Shown here piece after piece: positions 1 through 13,300 of a stretch of 64,000 bases of DNA. The position numbers and the translations under genes are program-made. The notes under the pieces are model-generated. The model was not told the DNA's origin and ran no database searches. It saw nothing but the letters and a program-made list of their open reading frames with translations. Positions within the stretch are counted from its first letter, which is position 1, and each line of letters begins with the position of its first letter. The DNA is taken from NCBI RefSeq assembly GCF_009914755.1, contig NC_060933.1. One strand, written 5' to 3'. The stretch comes from the human T2T-CHM13v2.0 reference genome, Homo sapiens.

Positions 1-1080
1 ATTCGTGTTAATTCCATTCCATTCCATTCCATTCCAATCGAGTTGATTCCACTCCATTCCATTCCATTCCATTCCACTCCATTCTAGTCCTTTCCATTCC
101 ATTCCACTCGGGTTGATTCCAATGTATTCCTTTCCATTCCATTCCATTCCATTGCAATCGAGTTGATTCCATTGCTTTGCATTCCACTCCATTCCATTCC
201 ATTCCGGATGATTCCATTCCATTGCATTCCATTCCATTCCATTCCCCTGCACTCGGGTTGATTCCATTCCATTCCACTCCATTCCGTTCCATTCCATTCC
301 ATTGCATTGTATTCGGGTTAATTCCATTCCATTCCATTCCATTCCATTCCATTCCATCACAATCGGGTTGGTTCCATTCCATTCCATTCCATTCCATTCC
401 ACATGATTCCATTCCATTACATTCCGTTCCATTACATTCCCCTGCACTCGGGTTGATTCCATTCCATTCCATTCCATTCCATTCCATTCGATTCCATTCC
501 ATTCCAATTCTTTCCATTCCATTCTCTTCCGTACCATTCCATTCCATTCCATACCATTCCATTCCATTCCGTTCCGTTCCGTTCCGTTCCATTCCATTCC
601 ATTCCATTCTATTCGGGTTAATTCCATTCCATTCCATTCCATTCCATTCTATTCCATTCCATTGCAATCGAGTTGAATCCATTGCATTCCATTCCATTCC
701 ATTCCATTCCATTCTGGAAGATTCCATTCCATTGCATTCCATTCCATTCCATTCCCCTGCACTCGCGTTGATTCCATTCCATTCCATTCCATTCCGTTCC
801 GTTCCGTTCCGTTCCATTCGATTCCATTCCATTCCGTTCCGTTCCGTTCCGTTCCATTCCATCCCATTCCATTCTATTCGGGTTAATTCCATTCTATTCC
901 ATTCGATTGCAATCGAGTTGATTCCATTCCATTCCATTCCATTACATTCCATTCCATTCCTTTCCATTCCATTACGGATGATTCCATTCCACTGCATTAC
1001 ATTCCATTCCATTCCCCTGTACTCGGGTTGATTCCATTCCATTCCATTCCATTCCATTCTATTCCATTCCATTCCATTCC

Positions 1081-1145
1081 ATTCCGGAAGATTCCATTCC
1101 ATTGCATTCCATTCCATTCCATTCCATTCCATTCCGGAAGATTCC
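1081..1145. promoter_or_regulatory. Two perfect three-unit heat-shock element motifs (aTTCc-gGAAg-aTTCc), representative of ~35 in the window
   Basis: ATTCCGGAAGATTCC at 1081-1095 and 1131-1145 matches the HSF consensus nTTCnnGAAnnTTCn exactly. The motif match is direct; function is inferred from known HSF1 binding to SatIII. Confidence 0.45.
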
Positions 1146-4100
1146 ATTCCATTGCATTCCATTCCATTCCATTCCCCTGCACTCGCGTTGATTCCTTTCC
1201 ATTCCATTACATTCCATTCCATTCCATTCCGATCCGTTCCATTCCATTCCATTCCATTCCATTCCGTTCCGTTCCATTCCATTCCATTCCATTGCATTGT
1301 ATTCGGGTTAATTCCATTCCATTCCATTCGATTGCAATCGAGTTGATTCCATTCCATTCCATTCCATTCCATTCCATTCCATTCCTTTCCATTCCATTAC
1401 GGATGATTCCATTCCATTGCATTCCATTCCATTCCATTCCCCTGTACTCGGGTTGATTCCATTCCATTGCATTCCAATCCATGCCCTTCCACTCGTGTTG
1501 ACTCCATTCTTTCCATTCCGTTCAAGTTGAATCCATTCCATTGCATTCCATTCCATTCGATTCCATTCGATTGCACTCGGGTTGATTCCATTCCATTGCA
1601 TTCCATTCCATTCCATTCCATTCCATTACATTCCGTTCCATTCCATTCCATTACATTCGGATTGATTCTATTCAATTCCCTTAGACTCCATTACGTTCCA
1701 TTCCATTCGGGTAGTTTCCATTCCATTCCATTCCATTCCTCTCCATTCCATTGCACTCGGGTTGATTCCATTCCATTGCATTCCATTCCATTCCATTCAA
1801 TTCCATTCCGTTCCATTCCATTCCATTACATACGGATTGATTCTATTCATCTCCCTTAGTCTCCATTACATTCCATTCCATTCGGCTTGTTCCATTCCAT
1901 TCCATTCCATTCCACTCCATTCCATTGCACTCGGGTTGATTCCATTCCATTCCATTCCATTCCATTCCATTCCATTCCGGAAGATTCCATTCCATTGCAT
2001 TCCATTCCATTCCATTCCCCTGCACTAGCGTTGATTCCATTCCATTCCATTCCATTCCATTCCATTCCTTTCTGTTCCATTCCATTCCATTCCATTCCAT
2101 TCCGTTCCGTTATGTTCCATTCCATTCCATTCCATTCTATTCTGGTTAATTCCATTCCATTCCATTCGATTGCAATCGAGTTGATTCCATTCCATTCCAT
2201 TCAATTCCATTCCATTCCATTCCATTCCATTCCTTTCCATTCCATTACGGATGATTCCATTCCATTGCATTCCATTCCATTCCATTCCCCTGTACTCGGG
2301 TTGATTCCATTCCATTCCATTCCAATCCATGCCATTCCAGTCGTGTTGATTCCATTCTTTCCATTCCATTCAAGGTGAATCCATTCCATTCCATTCCATT
2401 CCATTCCATTCCATTCCGTTCCGTTCCGTTCCATTCCATTCCATTCCATTCTATTCGGGTTAATTCCATTCCATTCCATTCGATTGCAATCGAGTCGATT
2501 CCATTCCATTCCATTCCATTCCATTCCATTCCATTCCATTCCATTCCTTTCCATTCCATTACGGATGATTCCATTCCATTGCATTCCATTGCATTCCATT
2601 CCATTCCTATCCCCTGCACTCAGGTTGATTCCATTCCATTCCATTCCATTCCATTCCATTCTATTCCATTCCATTCTATTCGCGGTAATTCCATTCCATT
2701 CCATTCCATTACCTTCCATTGCAATCGAGTTGATTCCATTCCATTCCGTTCCTTTCCATTCCATTCCATTCAAGTCCTTTCCATTCCATTCCAGTCGTGT
2801 TGATTCCATTTTATTAGTTTCCATTCCATTCCATTCCCTTCTATTCCACTCTGGTTGATTCCACTCCTTTCCATTCCACTCGAATACATTCCCTTCTATT
2901 CCACTCGGAATGATTCCATTCCATTCCGTTCCATTCCATTCCATTCCATTCCATTTCTTTCCATTCCATTCTATTCCGTACCATTCCATTCCATTCCATT
3001 CCATTCCATTCCATTCCATTCCATTCCATGCCATTCCACTCGGGTTGATTCCATTGCTTTCCATTCCATTTGGGTTGAATCCATTCCATTCCGTTCCATT
3101 CCATTCCATTACATTCGGATTGATTGTATTCAATTCCCTTACACTCCATTTCATTCCATTCCATTCGAGTTGTTTCCATACCATTCCATTCCATTCTATT
3201 CCATTTCGTTCCATTCCATTCTATTCGGTACCATTCCATTCCATTCCATTCCATTCCATTCCATTCCATGCCATTCCAGTTTTGTTGATTCCCTTCCTTT
3301 CCATTCCATTCGGGTTGAATCCATTCCATTCCATTCCATTCCATTCCATTCCATTCCTTTCCATTCCATTGCACACGGGTTGATTCCATTCCATTCCTTT
3401 CTGTTCCATTCCGGATGACTCTATTCCATTGCATTCCATTCCATTCCATTCCCCTGCGCTCGGGTTCATTACATTCCATTCCATTTACTTCCATTCCATT
3501 CCATTCCATTCAATTCCATTCTATTCGGGTTAATTCCATTCCATTCCATTCCATTCCATTCCATTCCATTCCATTCCATTCCATTCCATTGCATTCAATT
3601 GCAATCGAGTTGATTCCATTCCATTCCATTCAATTCCGGATGATTCCATTCCATTGCCTTCAATTCCATTCCATTCCCCTGCACTCGGGTTGATTCCATT
3701 CCATTCCATTCCATTCCATTCCATTTCATTCCATTCCATTTCGTTCCATTCCATTCTTTTGCGTTCCATTCCATTCCATTCCATTCCATTCCATTCCATT
3801 CCTTTCCATTCTATTCGGGTTAATTCCATTCCATTCCATTCCATTCCATTCCGTTCCATTCAATTCCATTACATTCGGATTGATTCTTTTTAATTCCCTT
3901 ACACTCCATTACATTCTATTCCATTCGGGTAGTTTCCATACCATTCCATTCCATTCCACTGCATTCTATTGCACTCGGGTTGATTGATTCCATTCCATTG
4001 CATTCCATTCCATTCCATTCCTTTCCGGATGATTCCATTCCATTGCATTCCATTGCATTCCATTCCCCTGTACTCGGGTTGATCCCATTCCATTGCATTC

Positions 4101-4849
4101 CATTCCATTCCATTCCATTCCGTTCCGTTCCATTCCATTCCCTTCCATTCTCTTCAGGTTAATTCCATTCCATTCCATTCCCTTCCATTCCATTCCATTC
4201 CATTCCATTCCATTCCATGCCATTCCACTCGGTTTGATTCCATTCCTTTCCATTCCATTCGAGTTGAACCCATTCCATTCCATTCCATTCCATTGCATTC
4301 CACTTGGTTTGATTCCATTCCTTTCCATTCCATTCGGGTTGAAACCATTCCATTCCATACCATTCCTTTCGATTCCATTCCATTTCACTCGGGTTGATCC
4401 CATTCCATTGCATTCCATTCCATTCCATTGCATTCCATTCCGTTCCATTCCATTCCATTACATTCGTATTGATTCTATTCAATTCCCTTACCCTCCATTA
4501 CATTCCATTCCTTTCGGGTTGTTTCCATTCCATTCCATTCCATTCCACTCCATTCCATTTCAATCGGGTGATTCCATTACATTCCATTGCATTCCATTCC
4601 ATTCCATTCCATTCCGTATGATTCCATTCCATTGCATTCCATTCCATTCCATTCCTTTGCACTCGGTTGGATTCCATTCTATTCCATTCCATTCCATTCC
4701 ATTCCATTCCATTCCATTCTATTCGGGTTAATTTCATTCCATTCCATTCCATTCCCTTCCATTGCATTCCATTCCATTCCATTCCATTCCATTGAAATCG
4801 AGTTGATTCCATTCCATTCCATTCCATTCCATTCCATTCTATTCGGGTT

Positions 4850-5270
4850 AATTCCATTCCATTCCATTCCATTCCATTCCCTTCCATTCCATTCTATTCC
4901 ATTCCATTCCATTCCATTCCTTTCTATTAGGGTTAATTCCATTCCATTCCATTCCATTCTATTCCATCCCATTCCATTCCATTCCATTGCAATCGAGTTG
5001 ATTCCATTCCATTCCATTCCATTCCATTCAATTCAATTCCATTGAACTCGGGTTAATTCCATTCCATTCCATTCCATTCCATTCCCTTCCATTCCATTCT
5101 ATTCCATCCCATTCCATTCCAATCCATTCTATTAGGGTTAATTCCATTCCATTCCATTCCATTCCATTCCATCCCATTCCATTCCATTCCATTGCAATCG
5201 AGTTGATTCCATTCCATTCCATTCCATTCCATTCCATTCCATCCAATTCCATTGAACTCGGGTTGATTCC
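4850..5270 (+). repeat. Local ~205-210-bp tandem duplication
   Basis: ATTAGGGTTAA at 4926/5131 and ATTGAACTCG at 5041/5251. Confidence 0.75.
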
Positions 5271-7339
5271 ATTCCATTCCATGCCATTCCATTTCATTCC
5301 ATTCCATTCCATTCCATTCCATTCCTTTCCGTTCCATTCCATTACATTCGGATTGATTATATTCAATTCCCTTACACTCCATTACATTCTATTCCATTCG
5401 TGTTGTTTCCATTCTATTCCATTCCATTCCACTCCATTCCATTGCACTCTGGTTGATTCCATTCCATTCCCTTCCATTCCGTATGACTCCATTCCATTTC
5501 ATTCCATTCCATTGCATTCCCCTGCACTGGAGTTGATTATATTCCATTCCATTCCCTTCCTTTCCGTTCCACTCCATTCTATTCGGGTTAATTCCATTCC
5601 ATTCCATTACATTAAATTCCCTTCCATTCCATTCCATTCCATTCCATTCCATTCCATTCCATTGCAATCGACTTGATTCCATTCCATTCCATTCCATTCC
5701 ATTCCATTCCATTCCATTCCGGATGATTCCATTCCATTGCCTTCCATTCCATTCCATTACCATGCACTCGGGTTCTTTCCATTCCATTCCATTCCATTCC
5801 ATTCCATTCCACTTCGTTCCATTCGATTCTATTCCGTACCATTCAATTCCATTCCATTCCATGCCATTCCATTCCATTCCAGTCCATGCCATTCCACTCG
5901 GGTTGATTTCATTCCTTTCCATTCTATTCGAGTTGTATCCTTTCCATTCCATTCCATTCCATTCGATTCCATTCCATTGCACACGGGTTCATTCCATTCC
6001 ATTCCATTCCATTCCATTCCATTCCATTCCATTCCATTACGTTCCATTCCATTCTATTCCGTACCATTCCATTCCATTCCATTCCATTCCAGTCCATTCC
6101 ATGCCATTCCACTCGGGTTGATTCCATTCCTTTCCATTCCATTTGGGTTGAATCCATTCCATTCCATTCCATTCCATTCGATTCCATTACATTACACTTG
6201 GGTTGATTCCATTCCATTCCATTCCATTCCATTTCATTCCATTCCATTCCATTCCATTCCATTCCATTCCATTCCATTCCATTCCATACCATTCCATTCC
6301 ATTCCATTCCATGCCATTCCACTCGGGTTGATTCCATTCCTTTCCATTCCTTTCGAGTTGAACCCATTCCATTCCATTCCATTCCATTCCATTGCACAGG
6401 GGTTCATTCCATTCCATTCCATTCCATTCCATTTCGTTTTTTTCCATTCTATTCCGTACCATTCCATTCCATTCCATTCCATTCCATGCCATTCCACTCG
6501 GGTTTATTCCATTCCTTTCCATTCCATTCGGGTTCAATCCATTCCATTCCCTTCCATTCCATTCGATTCCATTCCATTGCACTCGGGTTGAATCCATTCC
6601 ATTCCATGCCATTCCATTTCATTCCATTCCATTCCATTCCATTCCATTCTATTCCGTTCCATTCCATTCAATTACATTCGTATTGATTCTTTTTAATTCC
6701 CTAACACTCCATTACATTCCATTCCATTTGAGTACTTTCCATTCCATTCCATTCCATTCCACTGCATTCTATTGCACTCGGGTTGATTGATTCCATTCCA
6801 TTGCATTCCATTCCATTCCATTCCCCTGAACTCGGGTGGATTCCATTCCATTCCATTCCATTCCATTCCGTTCCATTCCATTCCATTCCATTCTGTTCAG
6901 GTTAATTCCATTCCATTCCATTCCCTTCCATTCCATTCCATTCTATTCCATTCCATTCCATTCCATTCCCCTGCACTCAGTTTGATTCCATTCCATTCCA
7001 TTCCATTCCATTCCGTTCCATTCCATTCCAATCCATTCTATTCGCATTAATTCCATTCAATTCCATTCCATTACATCCCATTGCAATCGAGTTGATTACA
7101 TTCCATTCCATTCCATTCCATTCAAGTCCTTTCCATTCCATTCCACTCGTGTTGATTCCATTTTATTAGTTTCCATTCCATTCCATTCCCTTCCATTCCA
7201 CTCTGGTTGATTCCATTCCTTTCCATTCTACTCGAATGCATTCCCTTCTATTCCACTCTGATTGATTCCATTCCATTCCGTTCCATTCCATTCCATTTCG
7301 TTCCATTCCATTCTATTCCATTCCATTCCATTCCATTAC

Positions 7340-10300
7340 ATTCCAATCGAGTTGATTCCATTCCATTCCATTCCATTCCATTCCACTCCATTCCAGTCCT
7401 TTCCATTCCATTACACTCAGGTTGATTCCATTCTATTCCTTTCCATTCCATTCCATTCCATTGCAATCGAGTTGATTCCATTGCTTTGCATTCCATTCCA
7501 TTCCATTCCATTCCGGATGATTCCATTCCATTGCATTCCATTCCATTCCATTCCCCTGCACTCGGGTTGATTCCATTCCATTCCACTCCATTCTGTTCCA
7601 TTCCATTCCGTTCCATTGTATTCGGGTTAATTCCATTCCATTCCATTCCATTCCATTCCATTACTCGAGTTGATTCCATTCCATTCCATTCCATTCCATT
7701 CCATTCCATTCCAGTCCTTTCCATTCCATTCCACTCGGGTTGATTCCATTCTATTAGTTTCCATTCCATTCCATTCCCTTCCATTCCACTCTGGTTGATT
7801 CCATTCTTTTCCATTCCAGTCGAATACATTCCCTCCTATTCCACTCGGAACGATTCCATTCCATTCCATTCCATTCCATTCCATTCCATTCGATTCCAGT
7901 TCGTTCCATTCCATTCTATTCCGTACCATTCCATTCCATTCCATTCCTTTCCATTCCATTCCTTTCCACTCGTGTTGATTCCATTCCTTTCCATTCCATT
8001 CGGTTTGAAGGCATTCCATTCCATTCAATTCCACTCCATTCCATTCAATTCCATTCCATTCTATTCCATTCCATTGCAATCGAGTTGAATCCATTGCCTT
8101 TCATTCCATTCCATTCCATTCCATTCCATTCCGGAAGATTCCATTCCATTCCATTCCATTCCATTCCATTCCATTCCATTCCATTCCCCTGCACTCGCGT
8201 TGATTCCATTCTATTCCATTCCATTCCATTCCGTTCCGTTCCATTCCATTCCATTCCATTCCATTCCGTTCCGTTCCATTCCATTGCATTCCATTCTATT
8301 CGGGTTAATTCCATTCCATTCCATTCGATTGCCATCGAGTTGATTCCATTCCATTCCATTCCATTCCATTCCATTCCATTCCATTCCATTCCTTTCCATT
8401 CCATTACGGATGACTCCATTCCATTGCTTTCCATTCCTTTCCATTCCCCTTTACTCGGGTTGATTCCATTCCATTCCATTCCACTCCATTCGGTTCCGTT
8501 GCATTCCATTCTATTGCATTCCATTCTATTCGGGTTAATTCCTTTCCATTCTATTCCATTCCATTCCATTCCATTCCATTCCAATGGAGTTTATTCCATT
8601 CCATTCCATTCCATTCCGGATGATTCCATTCCATTGCATTCCATTCCATTCCATTCCCCTGCTCTCGTGTTGATTCCATTCCCTTCCATTCCATTCCATT
8701 CCGTTCCATTCCATTCCATTCCATTCTATTCCGGTTAATTCCATTCCATTCCATTCCATTCCATTCCATTCCATTCCATTCCATTGCAATCGAGTTGATT
8801 CCATTCCATTCCTTTCAATTCCATTCCATTGCCTTGCATTCCACTCGGGTTGATTCCATTCCCTTCTTTCCACTCCATTACATTCCCTTCCATTCCACTC
8901 GGAATGATTCATACCATTCCATTCCATTCCATTTCATTCCATTGCAATCCATTCCAATCCATTCCATTCCATTCCATTCCACTCGAGTTGACTTCATTCC
9001 ATTCCTTTCCATTCCATTCCATTCCTTTCACTGGTGTTGATTCCATTCCATTCCAATCCATTGCAATCCATTCCATGCCATTCCACTCGGGTTGATTCCA
9101 TTCCTTTGCATTCCATTCCATTCCATTCCATTCCATTGCATTCCATTCCAATCCATTCCTTTGCATTCCATTCCATTACATTCGGATTGATTCTATTCAA
9201 CTCCCTTACTGTCCATTACATTCCATTCCATTCGGGTTGTTCCATTTCATTCCATTCCATTCCATTCCACTCCATTCCATTGCACTCGGGTTGATTCCAT
9301 TCCATTCCATTCAATTCCATTCCATTCCGGATGATTCCATTCCATTGCATTCCGTTCCATTACATTCCCCTGCACTCGGGTTGATACCATTCCATTCCAT
9401 TCCATTCCATTCCATTCCATTCCATTCCATTCGATTCCATTCCGGATGATTCCATTCCATTGCATTCCATTCCATTCCATTCTCCTGCACTCGGGTTGAT
9501 TACATTCCATTTCCTTCCCTTCCATTCCTTTCCATTCCATTCCATTCCATTCTATTCGGGTGAATTCCATTCCATTCCATTCCATTCCATTCCATTCCAT
9601 TCCATTCCATTCCATTGCAATCGAGTTGATTCCATTCGATTCCATTCCTTTCCGTTCCGGATGATTCCATTCCATTCCATTCCATTCCCGTGCAGTCGGG
9701 TTGATTCCATTCCATTCCATTCTATTCCATTCTATTCCATTCCATTCCGTTCCATTCCATTCCATTCCATTCTATTCGGGTTAATTGCATTCCATTCCAT
9801 TCCATTCCATTCCATTCCATTCCATTCCAATCGAGTTGATTCCATTCCATTCCATTCCATTCAATTCCACTCCATTCCAGTCCTTTCCATTCCATTACAC
9901 TCGGGTTGATTCCATTCTATTCCTTTCTATTCCATTCCATTCCATTGCAATCGAGTTGATTCCATTGCTTTGCATTCCATTCCATTCCATTCCCCTGCAC
10001 TCGGGTTGATTCCATTCCATTCCACTCCATTCCATTCCATTCCATGCCATTCCATTTTATTCGGGTTAATTCCATTCCATTCCATTCCATTCCACTCCAT
10101 TCCATTCCATTCCATTCCATTACAATCGAGTTGATTCCATTCCATTCCATTCCATTCCATTCCATTAAATTCCATTCCATTCCATTCCATTCCATTGCAA
10201 TCGAGTTGATTCCATTCCATTTCATTCCATTCCATTCCATTACATTCCATTCCAATCGAGTTGATTCCATTCCATTTCATTCCATTCCATTCCATTCCAT

Positions 10301-13300
10301 TCCATTCCATTCCAGTCCTTTCCATTCCATTCCACTCGGGTTGATTCCATTCTATTAGTTTCCATTCCATTCCATTCTCTTCCATTCCACTCTGGGTGAT
10401 TCCATTGCTTTCCATTCCACTCGAATACATTCCCTCCTATTCTACTCGGAACGATTCCATTCCATTCCATTCCATTCCATTCCATTCCATTCCATTCCAT
10501 TCCATTCCATTCCATTTTGTTCCATTCCATTCTGTTCCGTATCATTCCATTCCATTCCATTCCATTCCCTTCCATTCCATTCCATTACATTCCACTCGTG
10601 TTGATTCCATTCCTTTCCATTCCATTCGGTTTGAAGGCATTCCATTCCATTCCATTCCATTCCATTCCATTCCATTGTACTCGGGTTGATTCTATTCCAT
10701 TGCATTCCATTCCATTCCAATCCGTTGCATTCCATTCCATTACATTCGGATTGATTCTATTCAACTCCCTTACTCTCCATTACATTCCATTCCATTCGGG
10801 TTGTTCCATTCCATTCCATTCCATTCCACTCCATTCCATTGCACTCGGGTTGATTCCATTCCATTCCATTCCATTCCATTCCATTCCGGATGATTCCATT
10901 CCATTGCATTCCGTTCCATTACATTCCCCTGCACTCGCGTTGATTCCACTCCATTCCATTCCATTCCATTCCATTCAATTCCATTCCATTACAATTCGTT
11001 CCATTCCATTCTATTCCGTACCATTCCATTCCATTCCATACCATTCCATTCCATTCCATTCCATTCCATTCCGTTCCGTTCCATTCCGTTCCATTCCATT
11101 CCATTCCATTCCATTCCATTGCAATCGAGTTGAATCCATTGCATTTCATTCCATTCCATTCCATTCCATTCCATTCCGGAAGATTCCATTCCATTGCATT
11201 CCATTCCATTCCATTCCCCTGCACTCGCGTTGATTCCATTCCATTCCATTCCATTCCATTGCATTCCGTTCTGTTCCGTTCCATTTCATTCCATTCCATT
11301 CTATTCCATTCCGTTCCCTTCCATTCCATTCCATTCCATTCTATTCGGGTTAATTCCATTCCATTCCATTCGATTGCAATCGAGTTGATTCCATTCCATT
11401 CCATTCTATTCCGTTCCGGATGATTCCATTCTATTGCATTCCATTCCATTCCATTCCCCTGCAGTCGGGTTGATTCCATTCCATTCCATTCCGTTCCATT
11501 CCATTCCATTCCATTCTATTCGTGTTAATTCCATTCCATTCCTTTCCATTCCATTCCATTCCATTCCAATCGAGTTGATTGCATTCCATTCCATTCCATT
11601 CCATTACACTCCATTCCAGTCCTTTCCATTCCATTACACTCGGGTTGATTCCGTTCTATTCCTTTCCATTCCATTCCATTCCATTGCAATCTAGTTGATT
11701 CCATTGCTTTGCATTCCATTCCATTCCATTCCATTCCGGATGATTCCATTCCATTGCATTCCATTCCATTCCATTCCCCTGCACTCGGGTTGATTGCATT
11801 CCATTCCACTCCATTCCGTTCCATTCTAGTCCATTCCATTGTATTCGGGTTAATTCCATTCCATTCCATTCCATTCCATTCCATTCCCTTACAATGTAGT
11901 TGATTCCATTCAATTCCATTCCATTCCATTCCATTCCAGTCCTTTCCATTCCATTCCACTCGTGTTGATTCCATTCTATTAGTTTCCATTCCATTCCATT
12001 CCCTTCCATTCCAATCTGGTTGATTCCATTCCTTTCCATTCCACTCGAATACGTTCCCTCCTATTCCACTCAGAACTATTCCATTCCATTCCATTCCATT
12101 CCATTCCATTCCATTCCATTCCAGTTCGTTCCATTCCATTCTATTCCGTACCATTCTATTCCATTCCATTCCTTTCCATTCCATTCCTTTCCACTCGTGG
12201 TGATTCCATTCCTTTCCATTCCATTCGGTTTGAAGGCATTCCATTCCATTCCATTGCATTCCATTCCATTCCATTCAATTCCATTCCATTGCAATTCGTT
12301 CCACTGCATTCTATTCCGTACCATTCCATTCCATTCCATACCATTCCATTCCATTCCATTCCATTCCGTTCCGTTCTGTTCCTTTCCATTCCATTCCATT
12401 CTATTCGGATTAATTCCATTCCATTCCATTCCATTCCATTCTATTCCATTCCATTGCAATCGAGTTGAATCCATTGCATTTCATTCCATTCCATTCCATT
12501 CCATTCCATTCCTGAAGATTCCATTCCATTGCATTCCATTCCATTCCATTCCCCTGCACTCGCGTTGATTCCATTCCATTCCATTCCATTCCATTCCATT
12601 CCATTCCGTTCCGTTCAATTCCATTCCATTCCATTCCATTCCATTCCATTCCATTCCGTTCCGTTCCATTCCATTCCATTCCATTCTATTCGGGTTAATT
12701 CCATTCCATTCCATTCGATTGCAATCGAGTTGATTCCATTCCATTCCATTCCATTCCAGTCCTTTCCATTCCATTCCACTCGGGTTGATTCCATTCTATT
12801 AGTTTCCATTCCATTCCATTCCCTTCCATTCCACTCTGGTTGATTCCATTCCTTTCCATTACACTCGAATACATTCCCTCCTATTCCACTCGGAACCATT
12901 CCATTCCATTCCATTCCATTCCATTCCATTCCATTCCATTCCATTTCATTTCGTTCCATTCCATTCTATTCCGTATCATTCCATTCCATTCCATTCCATT
13001 CCATTCCATTCCATTCCATTCCATTGTACTCCGGTTGATTCCATTCCATTGCATTGCATTCCATTCCATTCCATTCCATTCCGTTGCATTCCATTCCATT
13101 ACATTCGGATTGATTCTATTCAACTCCCTTACTCTCCATTACATTCCATTCCATTCGGGTTGTTCCCTTCCATTCCATTCCATTACACTCCATTCCATTG
13201 CACTCGGGTTGATTCCATTCCATTCCATTCCATTCCATTCCATTCCGGATGATTCCATTCCATTGCATTCCGTTCCATTACATTCCCCTGCACTCGCGTT

